DNA from: a phage
Strand: one strand, 5' to 3'
Sequence record: PX393109.1
Length of the DNA stretch: 64,000 nucleotides
The translations under genes were made by a program, and so were the position numbers. The notes beneath the pieces were generated by a model that was not told the DNA's origin, did not search any database, and saw nothing but the letters and a program-made list of their open reading frames with translations. Below are positions 1 to 8,625 of this stretch, one piece after another (the stretch's first letter is position 1; the number at the start of each line of letters is the position of its first letter).

Positions 1-1164
1 GTTGGTGATGATCGGGAGCGGGTTCGTGAGGCTAATGCTGCTCTTCCGGAATATGAAGATCGTGAGAAGTATGCGATGTTCTACTCTAACACTATCCCAG
101 TTCAGGATAGCACGAAGCGCCTCGCAGTGGTAATGATTAAGATCCGCCGTATGTCAGAGCACGAGTCATCAGAGTTAGGTCTTCTGAGTCTTATCCAGGC
201 ATTGGTAGCTAATCATGCTGATATGAAAGCCTATATCGAAGAGTGCGAAGATCCTACAGTAATCAATAGTGGTTATACAGAGTTCAGCGACTTCTATAAC
301 ACTACGGTGCTGGTGAATCCTCCTAGCTATCGTGATGTTGGCATCAGCAATGGGGTAATGTCGTATCATCCGACTAACTTACTCTACCTGCGAATCCTGC
401 GCCATGCTATCCGTATCAGAAGTATTCGCGATACTGCCGAGGCCAGCGAAGCGTTGTTATCTCTGATTCCTCGTGAATCTATTGTAATGCAGAAGATGGT
501 TAACGGACTAATCCTGGAGGGCACTAAGGACTATCGAGGTAACTTAATTAAGCCGATGATCAATAATCTTAAAGGTAAGGGTGGTCGAATCCGTGGTAAC
601 CTGTTAGGTAAGCGCGTTGATTACTCCGGTCGTTCTGTAGTTACTTCGGCTCCGCATCTTCCGCTGGATACTCTTGGTGTACCGTTCAAGATGATGTACG
701 AATTACTTCAGCCAGACATCCTGGGTGAGCTGGAGAACTTATATGGTGGCCCGACTAACGAAGGGTACAACATGTACGACATCAGCAATAAAGTCCAGCG
801 TATGTACAAGAATAAGTCCCGAGTAGCTCTGGAAGTATGCTGGAGACTGTGTGAGAATGCCACGGTGTTCATGAACCGTGCACCATCCCTACACCGTTAC
901 TCAGTATGGGGATTTAAGGTCAGACCTCACATGGGTAAGGAGATTCAGGTTCCTCCGATGGCTATGGGTGGTCAGAACATGGACGTGGATGGTGATACCG
1001 CAGCAATTCACCGTGTACTGACTGATCGTGCTTGCTGGGAAGTACGTAGCCTGATGATGGTTAACCAGAACATCAACAGCTCTATTGACTTCGATAGTCC
1101 GGTCGTGAAGCCGTCCCACGAAATGGTGGTAGGTCTGTTCCAGGCAACTACGGTGGATATGTAA
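1..1164 (+). CDS. Multisubunit RNA polymerase beta'-like protein, N-terminal-half homolog (5' end outside window)
   Basis: Frame is open from base 1. Motifs [33 protein letters not shown] and MDVDGDTAA match bacterial beta' ([41 protein letters not shown]). Protein stops shortly after the catalytic loop, i.e. a split beta'. Confidence 0.75.
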   Translation, partial: [387 protein letters not shown]

Positions 1165-1694
1165 TGAAGAAACATGCTATCGGTGAGAAAGATGTTGGTA
1201 GAGTTATCCACTTCGAGGGTACTCCCGAACGCGGTCTGGACCCTGCGGGCTATATAACAATCTTCTCAGATGCATCGTACTGTCATAAGAGTAAGGCTGC
1301 TGGTTTCGGAGGATGGATTCGTCTTCCTGGTGAGCAGCGAGCTCATATAACTCGCGGAGGATTTACTGCTGTAGATAATAACTGGGCAGAGCTAGAAGGG
1401 ATCATGAAGACCCTATGGTTTGCCATGACTAAGACAGCATTCGATGGTGTTAGGGTAGTCGTCCAATGCGATTGCGAATGGGCATTAAAGGAATTCATAG
1501 ATAAGCATATGGAAATGCTTCGCGATCTTAACCCTAAGTCCATTAAGGTTAAGCATGTCAAAGGTCATCAGAAGTTCAATAATCCTCGCTACAAAGTAAA
1601 TAATCTCTGTGATGAGATAGCTAAGCAGGAAATGGTTAAGTATAGAAATAAACTTAAAGGATACACAGATGCTGGGATTTTTAGTGGTGCATAA
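1164..1694 (+). CDS. RNase HI-like ribonuclease
   Basis: IFSDAS, NNWAELEG, QCDCEW and KGH..N..CDEIA align with RNase HI catalytic D/E/D/D positions; start overlaps upstream stop. Confidence 0.7.
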   Translation: MKKHAIGEKDVGRVIHFEGTPERGLDPAGYITIFSDASYCHKSKAAGFGGWIRLPGEQRAHITRGGFTAVDNNWAELEGIMKTLWFAMTKTAFDGVRVVVQCDCEWALKEFIDKHMEMLRDLNPKSIKVKHVKGHQKFNNPRYKVNNLCDEIAKQEMVKYRNKLKGYTDAGIFSGA

Positions 1695-1968
1695 GGAGCA
1701 CGGTGCTCTCTGTGGAGTAAACGAGTTTTACACCTCATGGACCGGTCTCGGCTGTAATCCAGATACCACCGCAGCATTCTTCGAGACTTATGAAGAGGCT
1801 GGATTAATATCTGAACTGTTGCAAGATCCAAACGTATCAGTATTCGGACCAATCTATCAAGACTCTGAAGTAACTGATAAGATTCCTGTAAGTATTGTGG
1901 AATCGTTGGGTATCAAATGCTCCTACTATAGGCAGGAGCCCGAAAATAAACTACCATGGCCATGGTGA
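1669..1968 (+). CDS. hypothetical protein
   Basis: ORF in the + gene array; true start uncertain because it overlaps the upstream gene end. Confidence 0.4.
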   Translation: MLGFLVVHKEHGALCGVNEFYTSWTGLGCNPDTTAAFFETYEEAGLISELLQDPNVSVFGPIYQDSEVTDKIPVSIVESLGIKCSYYRQEPENKLPWPW

Positions 1969-2480
1969 TAAAAATGAATAAAGCTGAAGTAGTGTTAGGA
2001 CTTGTACAGTCCGTGGACGAGGGTTACTCCTCGGTAAAATTCTGTCCAGACTCTGATGCCTGGATAGATAATCTTAAGCAGGTTATCTCTGAAGTAGCTG
2101 ATTATGATAAGCTTAACTTCGATACCGGTCACGATAACCACTGCACCCTTATGTATGCTCCGGGGACTGGTGCTCCGGATGAGGGAACTATTGCTGATCT
2201 GGTAGGTAGCAAACTTCATCTGAAGAATCCTCGCTATGAGATCTTCGGTGAGAATGCTAACTACCTGGTGCTGGCGTTCGATAGCGATCTGCTACAATCG
2301 TTTAACTATCGACTCCGTGCATCTGGGGAGGTACCGTCTGAGATCAGTGCGGAATACTCTCCTCACATAACTCTGGCCAAGGACGTAGAGAATCTGGATA
2401 TCTCTACTCTACCAGAATTACCGACCGATCTGTATTTAAACATCACTAGCGTAACTGCTGAGGAAATCAAGAATGACTAA
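1956..2480 (+). CDS. 2H phosphoesterase family protein (LigT / cyclic phosphodiesterase-like; Acb1-like candidate)
   Basis: Two H-x-T-x motifs (HCTLMY and HITLAK) about 76 residues apart in a 174-aa protein. Confidence 0.6.
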   Translation: MAMVIKMNKAEVVLGLVQSVDEGYSSVKFCPDSDAWIDNLKQVISEVADYDKLNFDTGHDNHCTLMYAPGTGAPDEGTIADLVGSKLHLKNPRYEIFGENANYLVLAFDSDLLQSFNYRLRASGEVPSEISAEYSPHITLAKDVENLDISTLPELPTDLYLNITSVTAEEIKND

Positions 2481-2817
2481 GAAGACTACTGGTAACAAAA
2501 TTAACCTGGACATGTTTCATCTGATGTATGCTAAGCAACTGGGTATGGAACCTGCTGCTTACGCTGCTAAGGTTAATTCAGACCAGGAGTTCCGTCACCA
2601 GGTAGAGACTGCGTTCTCTGGGTATGCAGTAGCTGTAAATGCTCTTCGCCTCCAGATCATCGGTGGCTCTAAGCTGTCTATTGAAGAGATAGCTCCTGGT
2701 GTGGCTAAGATCCGTCTGGGAGTGGGTGAGTGGGAGTTAGACAATACTCCTAAGAATACAGAAGTAGCTCTGGATGATTTCCTGATCTCCAGTAACTTTC
2801 TGACTGCCGCCGTTTAA
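2473..2817 (+). CDS. hypothetical protein
   Basis: ORF with overlapping start, followed by a terminator. Confidence 0.55.
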   Translation: MTKKTTGNKINLDMFHLMYAKQLGMEPAAYAAKVNSDQEFRHQVETAFSGYAVAVNALRLQIIGGSKLSIEEIAPGVAKIRLGVGEWELDNTPKNTEVALDDFLISSNFLTAAV

Positions 2818-2825
2818 TACGGTCC

Positions 2826-2875
2826 AAAGGCTGTTAACTTGGGGAACGCCCTCGGTTAACAGCCTATTTTTATTT
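2826..2875 (+). terminator. Rho-independent terminator (stem contains AAAGGCTGTTAAC)
   Basis: aggctgttaac ... gttaacagcct inverted repeat followed by atttttattt. Confidence 0.65.
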
Positions 2876-2892
2876 ACTCGTTAAGGTACGAT

Positions 2893-3198
2893 ATGAAGTC
2901 CACTAAACCAGTCGAATTCTTTGACTTACTGACCACCATGGCCATAGCTGGTTACACATCCGATGATCCCAACATGGTGGTTAAGAATATTGCTCGTCGG
3001 AATAAGAAGTTCTTCCCATCTGCTGATCGTAAGATGCTGGATGTGGTAATTAACCATAAACACCCAGCAGCAACTGTAATTAAGGCGGTATCTAATCTGC
3101 TAGGCACTGAAGTGGACGCTAAGTACATAGCTACTGTAATCCACACTACCGGAAGATTTTATCATAAGGTGGTAGCTAATGATTCTGTATCATCGTAG
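2893..3198 (+). CDS. hypothetical protein
   Basis: ORF after terminator. Confidence 0.55.
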   Translation: MKSTKPVEFFDLLTTMAIAGYTSDDPNMVVKNIARRNKKFFPSADRKMLDVVINHKHPAATVIKAVSNLLGTEVDAKYIATVIHTTGRFYHKVVANDSVSS

Positions 3199-3529
3199 TA
3201 AGCATAAATGGGATTGGCCTAGTTATGAGCTCATCCAGACCTTATCGCAGGGATGGGGTCCGGAGTTAGGCCTATATACCTGTAATGTAGATAATCTCTA
3301 CAATAGCCATGGGACCTATCTTTACGAGATAACTCTGAAGAAGTTCATTCGTCCCAGAGTGATTACAGTTACCGAGCTTAAGCATGTGCGAGATCTTGCC
3401 GCTATGAGAGAAGTCTTTATGGAGCAAGGATGGCAGGTGCTTAAGGTAGTGGAAGATAATGGGGAGTCTGTAATCTTCGTTATCATGGATATGGACTGTA
3501 TTGATACCATCGTTCGACACGAAAAATAA
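3179..3529 (+). CDS. hypothetical protein
   Basis: ORF; overlaps upstream end. Confidence 0.5.
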   Translation: MILYHRSKHKWDWPSYELIQTLSQGWGPELGLYTCNVDNLYNSHGTYLYEITLKKFIRPRVITVTELKHVRDLAAMREVFMEQGWQVLKVVEDNGESVIFVIMDMDCIDTIVRHEK

Positions 3530-3642
3530 AACGTTTTATTTTTCAAATAAACGATTTTTGAACCGTCCTAAAGCCCGTTCTTGTGGGCGGGGGCGTCAAG
3601 GCGCTTCCCGGTTCATCAAATCGTCTAATTTGGGATAAAACT

Positions 3643-3927
3643 ATGAAAATCGCTCAACTGCTCGCTGCTCTGGCAAATGACACTCTGGTAACTGACTACA
3701 TGGGTGTTTCAGTAAACTACAATTCCAACTGGGTAAGTGCGGTTGGTGAAAAGATCATCGGTTTCAAAGCTTACACTGGTCCAGAAGTGTTTCCTGAAGA
3801 AAGTCACTTCGCTTCCGACGGTTCTGATACAGTCGAGATGCTGGACCCAGGTACCGGTGCAGTGGTGGCTAAGTGTGAGGATGGTCTGTTCGAAGCGATC
3901 TTCGAAGAAGTAGACGTCCAGTTCTGA
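3643..3927 (+). CDS. hypothetical protein
   Basis: ATG (MKIAQLL) chosen inside the longer track ORF 3583..3927. Confidence 0.5.
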   Translation: MKIAQLLAALANDTLVTDYMGVSVNYNSNWVSAVGEKIIGFKAYTGPEVFPEESHFASDGSDTVEMLDPGTGAVVAKCEDGLFEAIFEEVDVQF

Positions 3928-3936
3928 TTCCAATCT

Positions 3937-3954
3937 GGAGGACTTCGGTCCTCC
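3937..3954 (+). terminator. Stable hairpin with CUUCGG-type loop
   Basis: ggaggac-ttcg-gtcctcc; followed by a TATAAT-like hexamer and GGAG. Confidence 0.5.
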
Positions 3955-3986
3955 TAATTCTTCCCCTTTATAATTTGGAGCTAATT

Positions 3987-4361
3987 ATGACTAACCAAGA
4001 ATTCATTCAAAAGTTCGACGCTAAAACTGCTTTCGAGAACATGCTGGCAGAAGTAGAATCAATGATCAATATGTCCGATTTGGTGGCTACTCCAGAAGTC
4101 CGCGAAGTACGTGGTCAGGTTTACGTGAGTGGTTCTACCGAGGACGTTATGTGCCAGATGAACATCCCGATGTTCAAATCCATGTGGATCCATATCTCCG
4201 GAGGCCCTCTGGATGACAAGACTGGTGCATGGTTCGAAGTTGGTTACCGCTACGAGCACCACGATGGTGGTTCGAATGGCCACCGTATTGCCCAGTTCGT
4301 GGTTGATATGAGTGGCGAAATCACGGTTCGTCGTCCGACTTTCACTAAAGAAGCAAAATAA
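3987..4361 (+). CDS. hypothetical protein
   Basis: ATG preceded by GGAG. Confidence 0.55.
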   Translation: MTNQEFIQKFDAKTAFENMLAEVESMINMSDLVATPEVREVRGQVYVSGSTEDVMCQMNIPMFKSMWIHISGGPLDDKTGAWFEVGYRYEHHDGGSNGHRIAQFVVDMSGEITVRRPTFTKEAK

Positions 4362-4371
4362 GGGGATCCTC

Positions 4372-4590
4372 ATGAACAAGCTCCGCTACCGTCTTGCTGT
4401 CCAGGTCAATGGTGTCCACTCCTTCACCATCCAGGGTAATGCTCCGAGTGCTCGTAAGCTGATAGAGCAATTCCAGACGTGGTACAAATTTATGGAGCCG
4501 GAGCTTGCTTATCAGGAGATAGAGTATCTACCGATGCGTGCTGACACACGCGACGTTAAAACCGAACTTTCCGTAACTCGTATTGCATAA
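4372..4590 (+). CDS. hypothetical protein
   Basis: ATG (MNKLRY) after upstream stop. Confidence 0.5.
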   Translation: MNKLRYRLAVQVNGVHSFTIQGNAPSARKLIEQFQTWYKFMEPELAYQEIEYLPMRADTRDVKTELSVTRIA

Positions 4591-4602
4591 CTTGGTGATA
4601 AA

Positions 4603-5016
4603 ATGAAGAAATTAATTGCTGCTTCTTTGATTCTGGCATCAGTCACAGCCCATGCTGGTAAAGATCCTCGTGTAGCTTCTGCTATGGAAGCTGATGTCAT
4701 TACTGCACTGTTGGCTAAGTCGTATGTTGAAGAGTGCCCAGAGTACAGTCTTGCTGAAGTGTTGTACTCTGCTAAAGAAGCGATGGTCCTGCCTGTTATG
4801 GATCATGGGCATAAGTCAGCAATCGTCCAGTTTAATGGCATAGGGTCTGATGGTAAGCCAGCAGTGATCCGCTCCCTGATTCATCTGGATCCGGTAGAAG
4901 TAGTTACAACTTTATCCGTAGAGAAAACTGGTGCGACTAAGGAAGATCTCAGTGACGCTAATGATCTGATCCTTCCATCCCTATGCACCGTAGCTGCGAA
5001 CGAATCTTTCCGTTAA
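4603..5016 (+). CDS. secreted/periplasmic protein of unknown function
   Basis: N-terminal signal peptide MKKLIAASLILASVTAHA. Confidence 0.6.
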   Translation: MKKLIAASLILASVTAHAGKDPRVASAMEADVITALLAKSYVEECPEYSLAEVLYSAKEAMVLPVMDHGHKSAIVQFNGIGSDGKPAVIRSLIHLDPVEVVTTLSVEKTGATKEDLSDANDLILPSLCTVAANESFR

Positions 5017-5047
5017 TATAGTATAATCTAATCTGTTAGGAGTTATT

Positions 5048-5359
5048 ATGAAAAACATCGATATCGCTAAACTGTTCCTTATATCTCGTCTGTATCGTCT
5101 GTCTAATTCTTCCTCGATGATTCTGTGGTATATCTCCGGAACCGCTTCGGGAGCCACGATCAACGAGTTAACTGTCTTTGCTGATAGCAAAGCATCACTG
5201 GGTCAAATCCCTCGTACGTCCATCTATTATGTATGTAATAAGTTGGAGAAGGATGGCTGGTTGATCAAAACGACCACTGCCTCGGAAGAGGGTGGTCGTC
5301 CGTGCAATTTATACTCTCTGAGCCATCGTGCTCGTTTCTTCCTCGACCTGAATAAGTAA
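5048..5359 (+). CDS. winged helix-turn-helix DNA-binding protein (putative regulator)
   Basis: ELTVFADSKASLGQIPRTSIYYVCNKLEKDGWLIK resembles a wHTH recognition helix plus wing; SD AGGAG upstream. Confidence 0.5.
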   Translation: MKNIDIAKLFLISRLYRLSNSSSMILWYISGTASGATINELTVFADSKASLGQIPRTSIYYVCNKLEKDGWLIKTTTASEEGGRPCNLYSLSHRARFFLDLNK

Positions 5360-5368
5360 GGTGCCGCT

Positions 5369-5749
5369 ATGTCTGTATACTTCAGAGCCGTAGTTGGTGG
5401 TCACGTAGTCGATGAAGATAACGTCAAGATCGTAACGACGAGTCTTGTTGGGTTACGGGACACTATTAACAAGGATGACCTCCTCCCGATTCACTACAAC
5501 ACTATTGTAGACCAATTAATTCAGGTGGAAACCGAAGATGGTCTATGCGGAAGCTTAGCGGAGCGAGTTGCTCAACCTATAGATCTGCTGGGTCTGTCCT
5601 TAAGGACCTCAGCTCTTCTTGATGAGCAACATGAGAATATGACTGTGGATCAAATTAAGTTCCTGGTCAAATTATCGAAGATGCTTACTGCCTTAGCTGC
5701 AATCAGTCATACCTATACACTGATAACAACAAATCTAATGTGGAGCTAA
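5369..5749 (+). CDS. hypothetical protein
   Basis: ORF. Confidence 0.55.
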   Translation: MSVYFRAVVGGHVVDEDNVKIVTTSLVGLRDTINKDDLLPIHYNTIVDQLIQVETEDGLCGSLAERVAQPIDLLGLSLRTSALLDEQHENMTVDQIKFLVKLSKMLTALAAISHTYTLITTNLMWS

Positions 5750-5751
5750 CC

Positions 5752-6048
5752 ATGCCTTCCGTAATCATTAAGTCTAAGCACCGAGCCCTGCTGCGTGCGG
5801 CTCAGTCCAAGAATCTGACGGAGATCACTAATATCGATCTCCATCCGAATACTCGCTACCATGACTACTTTATCTCCACGACGTTTATCGTGCTGGATAA
5901 AGATAAGGCGAAAGTAATCAAGAGCGTGGATAACCTCTTCGTCGAAGGCGAGATCATCCCTCTCCAGGATCTGTTCTCTAAACTGTCAGATGTGGAGCAG
6001 TCTACTCCTGCTACGAAGCATCCTGTCGACGTCCATATTTCCTTCTGA
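5752..6048 (+). CDS. hypothetical protein
   Basis: ATG with GGAG SD directly after upstream stop. Confidence 0.55.
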   Translation: MPSVIIKSKHRALLRAAQSKNLTEITNIDLHPNTRYHDYFISTTFIVLDKDKAKVIKSVDNLFVEGEIIPLQDLFSKLSDVEQSTPATKHPVDVHISF

Positions 6049-6055
6049 GGTAATT

Positions 6056-6262
6056 ATGGGATATAAGCTCTTTGAAACTAAGGAGCAGGAGGAGCGCTTC
6101 CTGAAGATGATTCGGGAAGGCTCCGCCATGAATACTCCTCGCAGTCCTGACGATCCTGGGTATAGAAGTGGGTGTAAGTCTATTACCCAGGAATTCAGTT
6201 CAACAGTCTACCGCTCGCAACATCCTTACGTGAGCGGAGGCAACTTAACTAAGGTCCGCTAA
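6056..6262 (+). CDS. hypothetical protein
   Basis: ATG (MGYKLF) with SD GAGG. Confidence 0.5.
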   Translation: MGYKLFETKEQEERFLKMIREGSAMNTPRSPDDPGYRSGCKSITQEFSSTVYRSQHPYVSGGNLTKVR

Positions 6263-6423
6263 TGGAATGGGTAAGAGCATTGATGGTCATGAGTAGGCTA
6301 AAGCCTATCTGCCCAGATGACATAATCCGGACTCGTGATGGATTGGTTATGTACCGTCAGGGTCACTTATCTGACCAGGATAAATCTGAAATCGGAATCT
6401 ATAGGTTCACTGATGGCTTTTAA
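6262..6423 (+). CDS. small hypothetical protein (53 aa)
   Basis: ATG overlaps upstream TAA (TAATG); below the ORF-track size cut-off. Confidence 0.3.
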   Translation: MEWVRALMVMSRLKPICPDDIIRTRDGLVMYRQGHLSDQDKSEIGIYRFTDGF

Positions 6424-6790
6424 ATTAATGGACAGAACCAAGATCCTGCATACCGCTGTAGAGAATGGTGGTTATGAATGCCGTACAGATAATAATTCTG
6501 TGAACATGGCAAACATCTCTACCTGCCTTAAGCTGGTGAGTGAAGGATTACTCTTCCACGGAACCACTGAACAGGATGCATATGACAAGCAGGTTAAGTG
6601 GTTCCATCCGACTCTTACTGGTATCTTAGTCGATACCCAGGAGAAACTGGCTTACCTCATTAATCGGGATAAGCCTCTATCTAAGAGGAAGTCTGAGATC
6701 CTGAATGCTAAACGTATTCTGGAAGATAAGCCTAACCTCGCATCTGTATTAAACGAAGATATCTTAAAATTAATTAGGGATTATAAATAA
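6413..6790 (+). CDS. hypothetical protein
   Basis: Start chosen at MAFKLMD inside track ORF 6335..6790. Confidence 0.45.
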   Translation: MAFKLMDRTKILHTAVENGGYECRTDNNSVNMANISTCLKLVSEGLLFHGTTEQDAYDKQVKWFHPTLTGILVDTQEKLAYLINRDKPLSKRKSEILNAKRILEDKPNLASVLNEDILKLIRDYK

Positions 6791-7032
6791 TGGCCATTCT
6801 GGTATTCGCCAAAGATCAACGGCAGTATAACGACTACATCCGTGCCAAGCACCTTACTCGCTCTGATGCTGTCTACGCCAGCTGTGTTAATAAGCTACGT
6901 GGTCTATTTCCTAAGCCTACTGAGATGCACTTGCTGCCTAATTGGGATCATAGTGGACCATCCCAGATGGCTATGGAAAAGGCTAAGACTCTCTTTCCAC
7001 AAGCAGTAGAGAAGTCTATCGAGCAGTGGTAA
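6790..7032 (+). CDS. hypothetical protein
   Basis: ORF; start overlaps upstream stop. Confidence 0.55.
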   Translation: MAILVFAKDQRQYNDYIRAKHLTRSDAVYASCVNKLRGLFPKPTEMHLLPNWDHSGPSQMAMEKAKTLFPQAVEKSIEQW

Positions 7033-7059
7033 AATTATTTTTCAAATAAACGAATTATG

Positions 7060-7085
7060 AACGGGTTTAAAGCCCGTTCTTTTGG
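7060..7085 (+). terminator. Rho-independent terminator
   Basis: aacggg-tttaaag-cccgtt followed by cttttggg. Confidence 0.6.
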
Positions 7086-7146
7086 GTGGGGCGGCTCCGG
7101 CGGCTCCAGTCCACTAACTTAGTATAATCTAATTTTGGAGAAAATA

Positions 7147-7254
7147 ATGTCAACTAAACTCATCCGCTTCGTAGATCGTTACAGCTGGGCTCTGGTATTT
7201 GGTCTGAGCTTTGCATTCTGGGCTGCTGTTGTTGCTATCTTCCACTTCGCATAA
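7147..7254 (+). CDS. small hydrophobic peptide (35 aa)
   Basis: ATG after TATAAT and GGAG; one predicted TM (WALVFGLSFAFWAAVVAIFHF). Confidence 0.4.
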   Translation: MSTKLIRFVDRYSWALVFGLSFAFWAAVVAIFHFA

Positions 7255-7265
7255 GGAACTCTATC

Positions 7266-7637
7266 ATGACTAACTTAGAAAAAGACGTTACCGTTTGTCG
7301 TGTTGATTCTTACCAGCCTGGTAAGCGTACAATGCTGTCTAACTCCACTTATCTGGAGGGAAGTCACTGCCTCGCCTATTTCGTGATGGATCCTAAAGCT
7401 AACCCAGAAGTCTATGATGAGTGGAAGGCTAAAATCCACGAAGCCTCAAAAGCTAATACTGGCCTGATGGTTACATACGGTCCTCGCACTCCTAAGTGGC
7501 CAGGCATCTTCGGTTCTCCGAATCTCTGGTGTGTTGATCTTAGCGAAGGCGACACAGCTCGTTATATCAAGCTGATGTCGATGCTCCTTCCGAGCCTGGA
7601 AGGAATTGTGGGTCTAGAGCAAGTTCAGGTACGATAA
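7266..7637 (+). CDS. hypothetical protein
   Basis: ORF. Confidence 0.55.
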   Translation: MTNLEKDVTVCRVDSYQPGKRTMLSNSTYLEGSHCLAYFVMDPKANPEVYDEWKAKIHEASKANTGLMVTYGPRTPKWPGIFGSPNLWCVDLSEGDTARYIKLMSMLLPSLEGIVGLEQVQVR

Positions 7638-7638
7638 A

Positions 7639-7806
7639 ATGAAAATTCCGACTCTTGATCAATTACTCACCACAGCAATGCACACGGTGATCCGTCGTCT
7701 GGTCTGGAATATCCCTAAAAAGTATTTCTGGATGGTGGTGTTGGCCACCATCATTATCAGCGGATTCGCCACTTTTAGAACTCTGTTTTGGAGCCTGTTA
7801 GGATGA
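7639..7806 (+). CDS. small membrane protein (55 aa)
   Basis: ATG directly after upstream stop; hydrophobic segment WMVVLATIIISGFATF; below ORF-track cut-off. Confidence 0.35.
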   Translation: MKIPTLDQLLTTAMHTVIRRLVWNIPKKYFWMVVLATIIISGFATFRTLFWSLLG

Positions 7807-8561
7807 CCTTCCGTATTGATGCTGTTCGCCACCTTCGCCAAATAGCCGAGCTTAAGAAAGCCCATGGTGATTCCGTGTGGCATGTTAGGGCGTATGATCG
7901 TGCAGCCCGTTCCTTGGATGATTACCCGTATGGTGTAACTTCCCAGATGAACTTCACTACAATCCCATGGATAGGTGCTGGGATTGCTAGCGAGTTAGAA
8001 GCCTTCGCTAAGTATGGCACCATGACTCCTAAGTTCATTGAACTTATGTCTAAAGTCCCAGAAGGTCGTGTTGCTTACTCCACTGAGGTTAAGGATATCA
8101 TTGAGTCCTACCTAACGGAAGTGACCAAACTGAGTCTTGCCGAGGGTAGCTCTGGTCGTATCTCTACAGCTGGTTCGGTACGTCGTGGTAAGATGTGGAT
8201 TCGCGACGTAGACCTGCTTACTACCTTCCCTCCAGAAATAGTTCGCCATGCTTTCCGTCTTACCGGTATGGAGGAACTGTATGGTAAGGATAAAAAGATC
8301 CGATTCGTCCATACTAATACTGGTATGGAATTTGATATCAAGATCTGTCCAGAAGAATCCTGGAACGCGTGCTTACTTCACTCCACAGGATCAATGCAGA
8401 ATAACGTACACATGCGTTCGGTGGCTAAGCGTATGGGCATGACTCTTAATGAGTATGGCCTGTTTAATGTAGAGACCGGTGAACGTGTGGATACTAATTC
8501 CTCTGAGGAAGAACTGTATCAGCTGCTTGGTCTGGAATACGTAGAACCTGAGAATCGCTAA
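7803..8561 (+). CDS. DNA polymerase X family (Pol beta-like) nucleotidyltransferase
   Basis: GSVRRGK plus DVDLL nucleotidyltransferase motifs; HhH-like N-terminus; C-terminal LLHSTGS..N..MR..A...G..L.EYGLF thumb-like motif. Confidence 0.7.
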   Translation: MTFRIDAVRHLRQIAELKKAHGDSVWHVRAYDRAARSLDDYPYGVTSQMNFTTIPWIGAGIASELEAFAKYGTMTPKFIELMSKVPEGRVAYSTEVKDIIESYLTEVTKLSLAEGSSGRISTAGSVRRGKMWIRDVDLLTTFPPEIVRHAFRLTGMEELYGKDKKIRFVHTNTGMEFDIKICPEESWNACLLHSTGSMQNNVHMRSVAKRMGMTLNEYGLFNVETGERVDTNSSEEELYQLLGLEYVEPENR

Positions 8562-8563
8562 TT

Positions 8564-8599
8564 CCGCTCTTTTAGGGTGCTAAAAGGCTGTTAAAGTGT
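8564..8599 (+). promoter_or_regulatory. Conserved motif A copy (candidate phage promoter)
   Basis: ccgctcttttagggtgctaaaaggctgttaaagtgt; SD and ATG (8626) follow within 27 bp. Confidence 0.5.
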
Positions 8600-8625
8600 C
8601 AATCCAACCGTAAGGAATAACAAAG

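Noticed and set aside
175-369. Small - strand ORFs overlapping the RNAP beta'-like gene and other + strand genes in 1-28 kb
   Set aside because: Opposite to the uniform + strand polarity of the early region and nested in better-supported ORFs.
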